In this document: positions 28,578 to 39,047 of the stretch, piece after piece
Layout of the letters: each line of letters starts with the position of its first letter
How positions within the stretch are numbered: the stretch's first letter is position 1
From: an uncultured virus (IMG/VR IMGVR_UViG_3300047539_000012)
Taxonomy: Duplodnaviria > Heunggongvirae > Uroviricota > Caudoviricetes
Virus record (IMG/VR): IMGVR_UViG_3300047539_000012
Strand: one strand, 5' to 3'
DNA: 64,000 bases
Notes under the pieces: model-generated
Told to the model about the DNA's origin: nothing
Seen by the model: only the letters and a program-made list of their open reading frames with translations
Database searches by the model: none
Made by a program: the position numbers and the translations under genes

Positions 28578-30618
28578 ACCCGTCCAACCCGAACTTCTCG
28601 GTCCCTTTGTGAGTTTTCCCCAAAACTATCAACGCCCCACTGCCTAGCATCGACTTCCACGCCCTCAGGAATGTCTCCATGCCGCCGCTTCCCGCCCTAT
28701 AGGCGTTGCAGGCGTCCATCAACTGCCGCTTGGTTAGGGCCTCATGCTTCTTTAGGGCCTTCCGCATCCCTTGCTCCATTCTCTCCACAAGATTCCCCTT
28801 ATCTACGGGCCAGAGTTCTTCTCGCAGGTAAAGTTCGTGCTCTGCCCACGCGATGCTCCGCGTGACCATATCGGCGGTGATGCCGGGTGGGCCGTCCTGA
28901 AATAGTGCCCGCAGCATCAAGTCCCGTTTGAAATGCGACTCTAATCGGGACGTCATACCCATACCGGGCATCGCCTCATTCAGTCGGGTCCGCTGGACGC
29001 CCAGAGACTTCTGGAACTTCTGTCGCAACTCGTAAGCATCTGGCGTCTCGGTTATCAACATCGGCTTGCCTTCGTGCTCACCCATCCAACTGACTATCAT
29101 TTGCCAGCGGTCGAACATCTTGTTGGAAATAGCATTGATGGCCGCCGTGTCCAAGTCGGGCCAGTCGCCCGTGTGTGTGACGTCGCCCGTATAGGTAATT
29201 TCACATCGTGAAAGGAATCCGTCACCACCAGCACCCTTGCCCGTGACCGCAGACTCGAACGATGACCGAGTGAATCCACCTGTGAACGAGAGCGAGATAT
29301 GCTTGAACGAGCCGCCGTCGTGTGACAGCGAGCCCGCACTTGAATCGCTTCGGTCATACAGTTCGATCAGCTTCGAGAAGAGGGTCGAGTTCAGGCCGTT
29401 GCCTTTCTCGAATAGAATCTTCAACTCGTCGAAGTACACGAGACAGTTCTTGTTCTCGAAGTCTTCACTGAGCCGCTTCACCATGTGCTCGCCCGACGAG
29501 AACCATCCCGCCAGAGGCATACCGAGATTCGTCTTTGCAATGTAGGACGCCAGAGCCTGTTCACCAGTTCGCTTCCACGATTCGCCTTTGCCCGATTCGG
29601 GGTGAGCAGAGACCAGCATCGACCAGTGCTTCATGTGCAAGTCGGGCTGCCCGGGGAATCCTACTTTCCCGTCAAGAGATGCCGCAAGGATCGTTTTGAT
29701 TTGTGCTCTAGCAAAGGACACCGGGATAAACGTGCCATCTGCGACGAGATGGGCGAGTTCTCCGATCCAATCTCCGTCAACAGCCGTGTCAGGCAACTCA
29801 GTGATGTTGACGTCAATCTTTTTTGAGTCTCCGAAAAAGACCACTGGACTTGCTTCGGCTGCGTCGAATTTGTTGAACGCTGCGTTCGCAATCTCTCTGA
29901 TTTTTTCATCGGGATAGTTTTCTCCATCTTCGCAATTGTTGATAGCGAAGTTCTTGAGTGCCTGATAGATTCCCTCTTCGTCCAGCCCCGCATTCCGGAA
30001 TGTCCCCGACTTCGACTGAAGATGAATCCATCGGTTGCCCGCAGCGATCATCTTGCCGCCGTCGCCCACTGGGACGTAGTTCACTTGCTTCTTCTCTTTG
30101 GCCAGAGTGCGAATCCCCTCTGGAAGTGGGGCGATAGTGATGTCTTTGAGGATGTAGTACTTCTTGCCCGAGGGGTGCATGGAACCCGGGCCAACGACAT
30201 ACCCGCCGTGACTCTTCAGTTCGCCCGTGACTCCGTCGATGTCAAACCCCGTCGTAGCGACGGCCCCGCTGTAGTACATGTGGGCACCGAAGCCATCACG
30301 GCCTGAGATCACTGTGAGCGTTTCAGGGAAACCGTGCCCGACACGCCAAGCCTCGAACGCCTCCAGCGAGTCGCACCCGTGATCCACGTCCACCACAGTT
30401 AAATTACTTTGCCCACAGGCGATTCCATAGTTCGCGTCCTTGCCGTCGGCCCAAGCCTTCAGAGCGACGTCGGGATTGCGTGTTGCCGAATTAACGGCGT
30501 GCGGGCTATACAGACTCCACGGTGCTTTGTCATGAGGCTCGCAAACCAAAATTGCAAACCCACGAGCCAGAGCATTTTGCGCTGAAGCGAGAATCTCCCC
30601 AACTAATTCATTAGGCAT
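28576..30618 (-). CDS. bifunctional Prim-Pol primase fused to a DUF3987-like helicase domain
   Basis: K.P, NYGIACG....VVDVD, G.HMYY, GGYVVGPGS.H.SG..Y; SGKGES, SSGE, DE, GFLSR. Confidence 0.85.
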   Translation of the reverse strand: MPNELVGEILASAQNALARGFAILVCEPHDKAPWSLYSPHAVNSATRNPDVALKAWADGKDANYGIACGQSNLTVVDVDHGCDSLEAFEAWRVGHGFPETLTVISGRDGFGAHMYYSGAVATTGFDIDGVTGELKSHGGYVVGPGSMHPSGKKYYILKDITIAPLPEGIRTLAKEKKQVNYVPVGDGGKMIAAGNRWIHLQSKSGTFRNAGLDEEGIYQALKNFAINNCEDGENYPDEKIREIANAAFNKFDAAEASPVVFFGDSKKIDVNITELPDTAVDGDWIGELAHLVADGTFIPVSFARAQIKTILAASLDGKVGFPGQPDLHMKHWSMLVSAHPESGKGESWKRTGEQALASYIAKTNLGMPLAGWFSSGEHMVKRLSEDFENKNCLVYFDELKILFEKGNGLNSTLFSKLIELYDRSDSSAGSLSHDGGSFKHISLSFTGGFTRSSFESAVTGKGAGGDGFLSRCEITYTGDVTHTGDWPDLDTAAINAISNKMFDRWQMIVSWMGEHEGKPMLITETPDAYELRQKFQKSLGVQRTRLNEAMPGMGMTSRLESHFKRDLMLRALFQDGPPGITADMVTRSIAWAEHELYLREELWPVDKGNLVERMEQGMRKALKKHEALTKRQLMDACNAYRAGSGGMETFLRAWKSMLGSGALIVLGKTHKGTEKFGLDG

Positions 30619-30675
30619 CTTACCTCCAAAATGTGCGGGGCCCGCTGGCACGAGCCCCACAATGTTACGGCGTAA

Positions 30676-31068
30676 CTACACCGTTTCGACAGCCCGCTTG
30701 ACCGGGATGAAGCTGGAGATGTTGGCATAGGTATTGCCGTTATCCGCCTCATTGTGAATGACCACGATCTGACATTTCAGACCGATGAGATCATCCATGT
30801 CGAAGTCCTCGCCCGACTTGATCTTCAGAGCGTTGAGCATCTTGCCCAACGTTGACTTGTCGGTGATGACTTGGTTGACCAAGTGCCGGATGTCCACGTC
30901 GCTTCCATCCTTGGCCTTCTGGTCAAGGCAAGTGAAGTAGATGGCAGCCTTCTGCTTTGTGCCGTTCTTTGTTTCTACAGCACCGAGGTCTTCGATGCGG
31001 CTCAGAACGACGTTGTGCAGTCCTTCATCCGCCAACTCGTAAACCTTCTTCTTAATGATTATCCCCAT
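30676..31068 (-). CDS. putative ssDNA-binding protein (OB-fold-like)
   Basis: EG.H.......DLG...KS.L.K.L.....FD.DDLIG..C.I...H......YANI; position next to the primase. Confidence 0.6.
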   Translation of the reverse strand: MGIIIKKKVYELADEGLHNVVLSRIEDLGAVETKNGTKQKAAIYFTCLDQKAKDGSDVDIRHLVNQVITDKSTLGKMLNALKIKSGEDFDMDDLIGLKCQIVVIHNEADNGNTYANISSFIPVKRAVETV

Positions 31069-31225
31069 GTGTTTCTCCTTTTGCCCGTAGGCCTTTCGGT
31101 TACATCTGGGTAGTACGGTGCAAGCGCGAGTCTGCTTCCACTGTTCTAGTATGTCACAGTTGAGGCCTCTTTGTCCATCACTAAATGTGGTAGTCGCTGG
31201 TTGCCGACCCCCTAGCGATAGAACT

Positions 31226-31254
31226 CTTGACATTTCGTGCCGCCCGTGCTACGA
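31226..31254 (+). promoter_or_regulatory. rightward sigma70 promoter at the strand switch
   Basis: TTGACA-17-TACGAT. Confidence 0.7.
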
Positions 31255-31272
31255 TTTGAATGTGAGGTGAAC

Positions 31273-31708
31273 ATGTACCGAATCGGGCAACGAGTAAAGA
31301 GCAACTTTACAGGAGTGGGCACAGTGACGTCAACCATTATCATTGACCCGATGGAAACTGACGGGCCGAAGTGCCAGAGGGTGCTGTTCGACAACGATTG
31401 GCTTGGCGAACGCATCTGGCCGATTTACAAACTCGACTATGACGGGCCAGAGATCGAGGACGGCGATGAATCCAGGTTGTCAGAAAAACGCGACATCCTT
31501 CTGACAAAAGAGGACGGCGATGACTCCTAAGCGAAAGGATACCAAAGACTACTGGGCTAAGTTGTTGACTCGCCACGGGTTATCGATGGAACGCGGGCGA
31601 AGCCGACGGCTCGTGTACGTGGGCGACTCAGCGGCCATTGAGTCGATTGATGGTGATGGGCACGCTGCGGATAAAGGAAAAGTTCACCCGAAATTAACCG
31701 ATGGTTAG
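31273..31708 (+). CDS. two small hypothetical ORFs (31273-31530, 31520-31708)
   Basis: GAGGT and GAGGA RBS; overlapping. Confidence 0.55.
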
Positions 31709-32014
31709 TTTTATTATTTGCCGTAGAATCAATAGGTTACGGGGGTTCAAAGCCCGAAAACACCCCTCAACTGCGCTTTAAGTGAGGGAGTGTGAAAAGC
31801 GAAAGTCAAGTTTAGGCCCGACCGAGCCGAGCGGATGAGGTATAATGCCCCACGAAAAGGGCGACTCAATTTAGCAAATCGGTCACACATCGATCCACAC
31901 GAAAAACGGGCGTGATTCCTCCTCCCTTGTCGGCCCCGCCGATAAGCACGCCCGATACCCGAAGTCCCAACAGGTTGCCAGACTTGTTGGGGCTTTACTT
32001 TTTGGAGGAGCCTT

Positions 32015-33013
32015 ATGTTCAACGGACAAACCATCCTAATTACGGGCGGCACCGGCAGTTTCGGTAACGCCGCCGTCGAACAATTCCTCAAGACCGACAT
32101 TAAAGAGATTCGCATCTTCAGTCGGGATGAAAAGAAACAAGAGGATATGCGAGAGTCTATCCGCGACAGCCGAGTGAGGTTCTATATCGGCGACGTTCGA
32201 GATTCTGCTAGTCTAATCGCCCCGATGTTGGGCGTCGATTTTGTATTCCATGCGTCCGCACTCAAACAAGTGCCTACGTGCGAGTTCTTCCCCCTCGAAG
32301 CCATCATGACAAACTCCGTCGGTGCGGAGAACGTCTTCAACGCTGCTATTGACGCGGGCGTCAAGGTTGTCGTTGCATTGAGTTCTGACAAGGCGGTATA
32401 TCCCGCGTGCGCGATGGGCATGTCAAAAGGACTGATGGAAAAACTCATGGCCGCGAAGGCCAGAGCCAACGGCCACACCAAGTTTTGTGCTACACGATTC
32501 GGCAATGTCCTCGGTTCGCGGGGCTCAGTAGTTCCGCTGTTCATCAAACAGATTCAGTCGGGCCAACAGGTGACGATCACTGACCCGAACATGACTCGGT
32601 TCATGATGACGATGGACGACGCCGTCACCCTTGTTATGGTGGCTTTCACCCTCGGCACGAACGGAGACACGTTCGTCCACAAGGATAAGGCTACGACGGT
32701 CGGCATCTTGGCAAGAGCGGTGCAGCAGATATTCAACGACCCCCAAGGCGCTCGGATAGTCGGTGCGCGTCACGGCGAGAAAATCTACGAGACGCTCCTG
32801 ACCCGAGAGGAGAGAGTTCGGGCAATAGACCAAGGTCAATACTTTCGGATTCCGCTCGACTCACGAGACCTTAACTACTCTTTGTATACCACGGGAAATG
32901 GCGGGGTAGACGACGCGGAATATAATTCTCACAACGTTTATCGCATGACCCTCGAAGAGACGGTCGATCTGTTATCGACTCTAGATTGTGTTCACGATGC
33001 GTTGAGGGGGTAG
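32015..33013 (+). CDS. UDP-GlcNAc 4,6-dehydratase/epimerase (FnlA/CapD-like, Polysacc_synt_2)
   Basis: ITGGTGSFG, SRDEKKQ, FHASALKQVP.CE, S.DKAVYP, RFGNV.GSRGSV.PLF, MTRF, R.GEK. Confidence 0.92.
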   Translation: MFNGQTILITGGTGSFGNAAVEQFLKTDIKEIRIFSRDEKKQEDMRESIRDSRVRFYIGDVRDSASLIAPMLGVDFVFHASALKQVPTCEFFPLEAIMTNSVGAENVFNAAIDAGVKVVVALSSDKAVYPACAMGMSKGLMEKLMAAKARANGHTKFCATRFGNVLGSRGSVVPLFIKQIQSGQQVTITDPNMTRFMMTMDDAVTLVMVAFTLGTNGDTFVHKDKATTVGILARAVQQIFNDPQGARIVGARHGEKIYETLLTREERVRAIDQGQYFRIPLDSRDLNYSLYTTGNGGVDDAEYNSHNVYRMTLEETVDLLSTLDCVHDALRG

Positions 33014-33014
33014 T

Positions 33015-33758
33015 ATGCTTTTCGATTATACGCTGGTGGTTACATCCTGCAACCGTCATCCACTTCTACGAATCACGCTCGATTCCTTTATCAGGTATGC
33101 GGATGTAAAGCCAGTGGCTACGGTCATTGTAGAAGACGGCGGGGCTGACATCCCCGACTGGATGGGCTGCGACCATCAGAATCAGAACCTCCCGAATAAG
33201 ATTTGGATCAAGAATGGTCCGAAACTCGGGCAAGTCGCCAGCATTGACTTCGGCTACTCGAAGGTTCAGACCGAATACATCTTCCACTGCGAAGACGATT
33301 GGGAATTCCTCGATACGGGATTCATAGTAAAGTCGTACGACATTCTCAAGGAATACCCGGGCATCAGTCAGGTAAACCTTCGAGGTTCGAGATGGGGGCA
33401 CACGCTAGTTGACGACCCCCGATACCCGTTCAAGATTGCCGAACCGGGGTGGGGCGGCGGATACGGCGGCCTCGCTTGGAACCCGGGACTACGACGGCTC
33501 TCCGATTACAAGGAAGTGTTCGGAACGTTTATGGAACACGCGGCACCCGCCGAGAAACACTCGGATGATGAGACACAGCGGATTGTGGCGCTGCAAGGGA
33601 AGATGTCAAGTGACCACGAGCGCAATGCGTGGCGCGAGACTTACTTCTCCCAGATGATGCTTGACAGGCATTTCAATATCGCGTCGCTAGACAAGGAGTA
33701 TGTGCGTCATACAGGACGACATTGTCCGACAGACGGCTCAACCGCTTGGAGGGGATGA
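33015..33758 (+). CDS. GT2-like glycosyltransferase
   Basis: VTSCNR..LL..TL.SF, VEDG, YIFHCEDDWEF, NPGLRR, YV.H.G. Confidence 0.85.
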   Translation: MLFDYTLVVTSCNRHPLLRITLDSFIRYADVKPVATVIVEDGGADIPDWMGCDHQNQNLPNKIWIKNGPKLGQVASIDFGYSKVQTEYIFHCEDDWEFLDTGFIVKSYDILKEYPGISQVNLRGSRWGHTLVDDPRYPFKIAEPGWGGGYGGLAWNPGLRRLSDYKEVFGTFMEHAAPAEKHSDDETQRIVALQGKMSSDHERNAWRETYFSQMMLDRHFNIASLDKEYVRHTGRHCPTDGSTAWRG

Positions 33759-35353
33759 TGAAGGTTCTCATAGCAATTACTTCCTGCGTGAGGGATGCCC
33801 AGAACGGGGTTGAGCAGGCACAGAGAGACACCTTCCTTAAAGACATCTCGAAGTACAGTGATGTTACATATAAATTTTTCATCGGCGATGGTACGCCGAC
33901 GGGCGAGGATGAGACGCCGCTTCGGGCGATGGTTCAAGGGGCACACGACACCAATAGAGGGATTGATTACGCGGAGAAGTGCAAGACGGGAGACGCCGCT
34001 CCTCCTATATACAGCCCCAAGGATGACGAAGTTGTCCTAACTGCCCCCGATGATTACTTTCACCTTGTCTTCAAGGTTAGGAAGATGCACCAGTGGGCGC
34101 TCGACCACGGATTCGATTTTGTCTACAAGTGCGATACCGATACTTACGTCGATCTTGAACGGTTGATGCGAAGCGGTTTCGAGAAGCATGACTTTACCGG
34201 GTGGCGTTCAAGCCCCCAGCACCCAGTTGTCGCGGGCGGCGGCGGCTACTGGTTGAGCCGCAGGGCTCTCCAAGTTTCGGCGACAGCCCCGATCAAGGTA
34301 TGGGCGGAAGATCACTGGATCAGTAATTCCCTCTGCCACGTCTCGATCCCGCTGCACAATGATACGAGATACAGCGACGATGCCGTTACTCGCCGCAATG
34401 ATTTGATTTCTACGCACGTCGGATTCAAGGCGGGCTACAAGCCTTCGATGATGCACGATGTTCACCGCCGACAGGATGAGAAACTCCCCCGAGTGCTGAT
34501 TACGATCAGCGGGTGGGTCACAGGCGCGATGAACGGCGACCACCAAGTGATTCGTGATACTTGGGCGAAAGAAGTTTCAAAGTATCCGAACCTCGATTAC
34601 AAGTTCTTTATCGGAGACGGCACGCCCGTGAGCGCGGAAGATGAGAAGAGAATAGAAGCCTCTGTCAATCACGCGACGAAGGGGCACAAGATGAAGGCCC
34701 TGACAACTAAGTCTCAGGCTCCCTTTACCTACGTGCCGAAGGATGACGAAGTTGTCGTGCATTGCCCCGACGGGTATCTTTACCTCGGGTTCAAGTCATG
34801 GCACAGTCATAAGTGGGCGATTGACCACGGATACGATTTCGTGTTCCAGTGTTTCCCCGATACATTCATCGACATCGATAAGTTGACGGCGAGCGGTTTC
34901 GAGAACTACGATTACAGCGGCATCGGACTCGGCGGGCACGAGAAGAATTTCGCCTCGGGCGGTTCAGGATACTGGACAAGTCACAAGGCCATCACTGCCC
35001 TGCTGACGGAACCCGTAGATGATTGGGCCGAAGACAGATGGGTAGGACGGGCGTTAGGCCGACACGGCATTCATCTAAACTTCGACCAACGATACGGGAA
35101 TACCGATCAAAAGCGTCAACCCCGACGGAACAACAGTTTCATCACGGAGCATCTGGCGGATACCCCGAAGGTATACAACCAAGAGATGATGCGGGAAGCC
35201 TACAGGCTGAGTAAGACAGACGAACCCGTGACACCCGCAGGTCAACTGAATGTGAGAGATCGACACCGAGGGCGTCCTAGTCGAATTACGACAAGGCGTC
35301 CGTTAAGGAACGATTTGGTGAAGGATTGGTTCGACACCCATCCTCGGAAATAA
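33755..35353 (+). CDS. tandem two-domain GT31/Fringe-like glycosyltransferase
   Basis: two copies of R.TW...YKFFIG...D.Y..L..K...WA.DHG.DFV.(KCDTDT / QCFPDT)...GG.GYW.S...WAED. Confidence 0.8.
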   Translation: MMKVLIAITSCVRDAQNGVEQAQRDTFLKDISKYSDVTYKFFIGDGTPTGEDETPLRAMVQGAHDTNRGIDYAEKCKTGDAAPPIYSPKDDEVVLTAPDDYFHLVFKVRKMHQWALDHGFDFVYKCDTDTYVDLERLMRSGFEKHDFTGWRSSPQHPVVAGGGGYWLSRRALQVSATAPIKVWAEDHWISNSLCHVSIPLHNDTRYSDDAVTRRNDLISTHVGFKAGYKPSMMHDVHRRQDEKLPRVLITISGWVTGAMNGDHQVIRDTWAKEVSKYPNLDYKFFIGDGTPVSAEDEKRIEASVNHATKGHKMKALTTKSQAPFTYVPKDDEVVVHCPDGYLYLGFKSWHSHKWAIDHGYDFVFQCFPDTFIDIDKLTASGFENYDYSGIGLGGHEKNFASGGSGYWTSHKAITALLTEPVDDWAEDRWVGRALGRHGIHLNFDQRYGNTDQKRQPRRNNSFITEHLADTPKVYNQEMMREAYRLSKTDEPVTPAGQLNVRDRHRGRPSRITTRRPLRNDLVKDWFDTHPRK

Positions 35354-35362
35354 GGAGACATC

Positions 35363-35707
35363 ATGGCAGGCGCAACGCTTGAACCCGCAGGTAGCGGAGT
35401 AGCAGGAACAGAAGTCAAGGGCGTATCCGCCCAGTATCAGGCCGACGGCATTTCAGGCGTGGCCGAAGCACCGAACTCCACCGGCATCCATCCGTACGAC
35501 AGCGGAACCATTCTGGGCAACGTCCCTCCGGGGAAGGCTGGCCAGAAGTTGGTTAACGGAGTCGTGCAACGCTCGAATGTTCTGTTGGTGAACGGTCCAG
35601 CGAACAACAGCCTCGTGCCTACATACGCTGTAGGCGGCGGTGTTCCGACAGCCCCAGATGGCTCGCACGCGAGCGACGGTCTGTCTGGCTCGCCCGAACG
35701 CGAGTAA
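35363..35707 (+). CDS. hypothetical (possible virion) protein
   Basis: AAGGAG RBS; Gly/Pro-rich. Confidence 0.6.
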   Translation: MAGATLEPAGSGVAGTEVKGVSAQYQADGISGVAEAPNSTGIHPYDSGTILGNVPPGKAGQKLVNGVVQRSNVLLVNGPANNSLVPTYAVGGGVPTAPDGSHASDGLSGSPERE

Positions 35708-35728
35708 GGGTAGTCTCAAGGAGGTAAC

Positions 35729-35887
35729 ATGGTCATTGAAATCGCGGCCCTAGCCGCAGCAGGCGCAGTAGGTTATTTTTCGGGCGCGAAGATTGCAGCG
35801 AAGGCTGCAGCCGACGCGAAGGCAGCGGAAGCATCCGCCAAGGTCGCAGTGGCCAAGGTGGAGGCAGCCGTCATCGCCAAAGTTTAA
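35729..35887 (+). CDS. small Ala/Lys-rich membrane peptide
   Basis: AAGGAGGT RBS; MVIEIAALAAAGAVGYFSG...; followed by a GGGCCC-TTCG-GGGCCC hairpin. Confidence 0.65.
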   Translation: MVIEIAALAAAGAVGYFSGAKIAAKAAADAKAAEASAKVAVAKVEAAVIAKV

Positions 35888-35945
35888 CAGAGCGGGCCCT
35901 TCGGGGCCCAATCTCTTGTGGACTAATTACCCACAGGCGGGGCGA

Positions 35946-36167
35946 ATGTTGGGGAATACTTTTTGGAAGCGTCGCACTGATGAGTCTGTGGAAAAGATAC
36001 GACAGGCGGCAGTTAATCAGTGGGCAAAGAAAATAGATAGAACGCAATCCACCGAAACACGAAAGCGGAGGAGCGAGTCTATGACTAAGTGGTGGGCGGC
36101 GAGAAAACGAGACCGCTGTGAACCTACTACTGTTCGATCCATTATGTCACCCGTATCATCTGAGTGA
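35946..36167 (+). CDS. NUMOD3-like DNA-binding fragment
   Basis: RRTDESVEKIRQA and QSTETRKRRSES repeats. Confidence 0.45.
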   Translation: MLGNTFWKRRTDESVEKIRQAAVNQWAKKIDRTQSTETRKRRSESMTKWWAARKRDRCEPTTVRSIMSPVSSE

Positions 36168-36217
36168 TTTTTTGGAGATGGCAGTATCACCCGAAGAGAT
36201 GATGGGCCGGAGGGGGC

Positions 36218-37231
36218 ATGAATACGCCAAGGTCAAAGAAGCGACTCCGCACGGCTCTAATAAAACTCATGCAGGAGCACAAAATCGGTAAGCACCCGCT
36301 GGCACCTTCGTTGGTCGTACAGATCGTGCGACTAGTCGGAGTGCTCGACGGGTTGTTCCCGCCAGAAACTGCGGTGTTCCAGAGACCGAAGGGGATACGC
36401 CCCCCAGTCGTTGAAACAGTTCCTGATTACAGTCCAGAGGCCTTGAAGGCATTGGACGATGCGAAGAAAATTCTAGGGGGAGACGATGGTCATAGCAACG
36501 GTGACGGAAGTTCAGGCACGGGACTATGAGAAGAATGCGTGGCATCTCGGATGCGGCGTCAAGCCGATCCTTGATAACACCACAATGCGATTCGCAACCG
36601 ACTTCGCAAATGTTGTCTTGCGGGGGTTCGTCGCAGAGTATTCCGTCGCTATCAGAAAACAGATAGTTGACGAGATTCGGGCTATCGCCCAGAAGAAGCA
36701 AGCGGAACAGACAGCGACACAAGTGCCCCAGTCCGAGCAGATTCCCGCAACACGGACGAAGTCAAGCATCATCATTACTGACTAAGGAACAACATGGCAG
36801 ACATTAGCAACGGCAACGGCAACGGCAACACCCCTGTGGATGTACTTACGGAGCGCATCACCAACGTTTCTAAGCGACTGGATGAGCAGGTTATCGCATC
36901 CCAGACGGCTATCACCGTGGCTTTGGCTACGCAAGAAAAGGCCGTCTCTGCCGCCTTCTTGGCGTCTGAAAAGGCTCTGACCGCCGCTTTGTCCGCATCT
37001 GAAAAGGCTATCCAAAAGTCCGAAGCCGCACAGAGCGAAGTGAACAAAGTTATTGCCGAATTGACTAGGGACGTTATCTCTCTTCGTGAGAGCCGCTCGC
37101 AAGGTTCGGGCGTAGATTCCGCGAAGACCACGGGCAACAAGCAGACTAATTGGATGGTCGGGTTGGCTATTTCGACCCTGTTCAGTTTGCTGACGTTGGC
37201 TTCCGTGGTGTTCTACCACTTCGTAAAGTAG
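36218..37231 (+). other. hypothetical genes 36218-36529 and 36486-36785, and coiled-coil membrane protein 36794-37231 (possible holin)
   Basis: SD sites; C-terminal TM helix in 36794-37231. Confidence 0.55.
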
Positions 37232-37239
37232 GAGGGCTC

Positions 37240-37761
37240 GTGGCATACAAGACAATCTTGACAGAGATCATCCCGAGATTGTTTGTAGGTGACGAGGAAG
37301 CAGTACCCGAAGCGGAGAAGCGGGGATACTCGATTCTCGCCGCATGTAAGGATGGTTCGCCTGACTGCCACAGAGCAGTCTTGAAATACACCACACTCGG
37401 GGCACCGAAGGATAAAGATTATTACTTCGTGCAACGAGGCACCCACATGGCGTTGAACCTGATAGACGTGGACGACTCGAACATGATTCCACGAGAAGCA
37501 GTTGACGCGGGGTTGAGATTTCTGAAACAGCAGTACGACGCGGGCCACAAGGTCTTATCGCACTGCATCGCAGGGCACACTCGCGGCCCATTAATGATGC
37601 TGGCCTTTCTCCGAACGATTGGGGAGATGCCCGAGACATTCAGAGGGGCAGAGAAAAAGTTTAGAGTACTATATCATCCGTACGACCCCGGCAAGGGAAT
37701 GCGGGAACACGTACGGGAACGCTGGGATGAACTCCTGACGTTCTTCAAGGAGAAACCATGA
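37240..37761 (+). CDS. dual-specificity / tyrosine protein phosphatase
   Basis: EIIPRLFVG; VLSHCIAGHTRG = HCxxGxxR; GGAGG RBS before GTG. Confidence 0.85.
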   Translation: MAYKTILTEIIPRLFVGDEEAVPEAEKRGYSILAACKDGSPDCHRAVLKYTTLGAPKDKDYYFVQRGTHMALNLIDVDDSNMIPREAVDAGLRFLKQQYDAGHKVLSHCIAGHTRGPLMMLAFLRTIGEMPETFRGAEKKFRVLYHPYDPGKGMREHVRERWDELLTFFKEKP

Positions 37762-39011
37762 GTATCTATGATGTACTGAAGGATAAAGGCGAGAAGGGCC
37801 CAAAGAAATCGATTAAGTCGATGACGCACACCAAGACGCACAACGGCAAACACGTCATCGTTCACAAGCATCATGCTCCGTTCGACCACCCAGACCACGA
37901 TGAGACCCACATGCACGGCAGCATGTCCGACGTTCACGATCACATGGAGAAACACGCCGGAACACCGAACGCTGGAGAAGCCGCACCCGCCGCTGGAGCA
38001 CCAGACGTCCCACAGTTGAGTGCGAGTCCCGCACCCGCTGGACCGCCCGCAGGCGCAGGCGCACCGCCCGCTGGTGGAGCACCGCCGATGCCGGGTATGT
38101 AAGGAGCCGCAATGCCTCAGGATTCGGTATTTCATCCGGGTGATACTGGAGTTGGACAAGGGGCTAAGGCCCACCGCGAAGCGATGGAAGAATTGAACCC
38201 CTACAAGCCGCCCGTCACGGGCACGCCCGCAAAGGGCAACGAACCGGACCCCGGTTCAGCCAAGAACTCTTCAACGCTGCCCAAGAACTGGAAGCGCATC
38301 CCCGACGCAGAACTGTCGAGCATGAGCAAGAAACTCGGTGAGGGGTCTGCAAAGACATACGACCAAGGCGGGCGAGTAAACGTCGATGACTCGAATGATT
38401 ACGATCCTTCGGCAGAGACATCTCGGGTGAGAAAACGACAAGCCCGGGAAGATAAGGACGCCCAAGACGAGGCCGATGATAAGGCTAAGGAAGCAAATAC
38501 GTCCAAGGACCTCGTGCCAGCCTCTTCTCCTGAGATGAAGGGCAAGTCAGGAGCCACAGGCGGAACGAACGTCCCTGTCAAAGACAAAGGCGGGAAGATC
38601 AACGTCAACGACGGCAAGCACACCCTCGCAATCCTCAAGGACGGCGAGCGGGTACTAACGCCCGAGCAAAACAAGAAGTTCGAGAAGACTGCCGCAGGAG
38701 CCGCCGCGAAAGAGGGGCCCACGAAGATCACGGCGAAAACCGCAGCAGGGAAGTCACCAGTACAGGAGAGCGATATGGATTGCTACGATGAGGGCGGAAC
38801 AGTTCACAGTCCCGAAGAGAGGGCTCATTTTCATCGGGCGATGAGTCATCTGAATACAGGCGGCCTACATCGGCACTTGGGGATAGACGAGAGCAAACCG
38901 ATTCCGCTGTCCAAGAAGAAGGAAGCGGCCAATTCGGATAACCCGCACGTCGCCGCGATGGGTCGCATGGCGGTAAGCATGCATGGGTGGAAGCATCCGG
39001 GCAAGAAATAA
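37758..39011 (+). other. two probable virion-associated proteins (His-rich 37758-38102; 38112-39011)
   Basis: AILKDGERVLT and GGLH..LG.....IP motifs; position before terminase. Confidence 0.5.
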
Positions 39012-39047
39012 CACGGCCAAGATAATTAACATGGCCAAGGGGGAGTT

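Noticed and set aside
31828..31870. Hammerhead-like GATGAG...CGAAA
   Set aside because: The core is CGGATGA rather than CTGAnGA, and the three-stem junction is not convincing.
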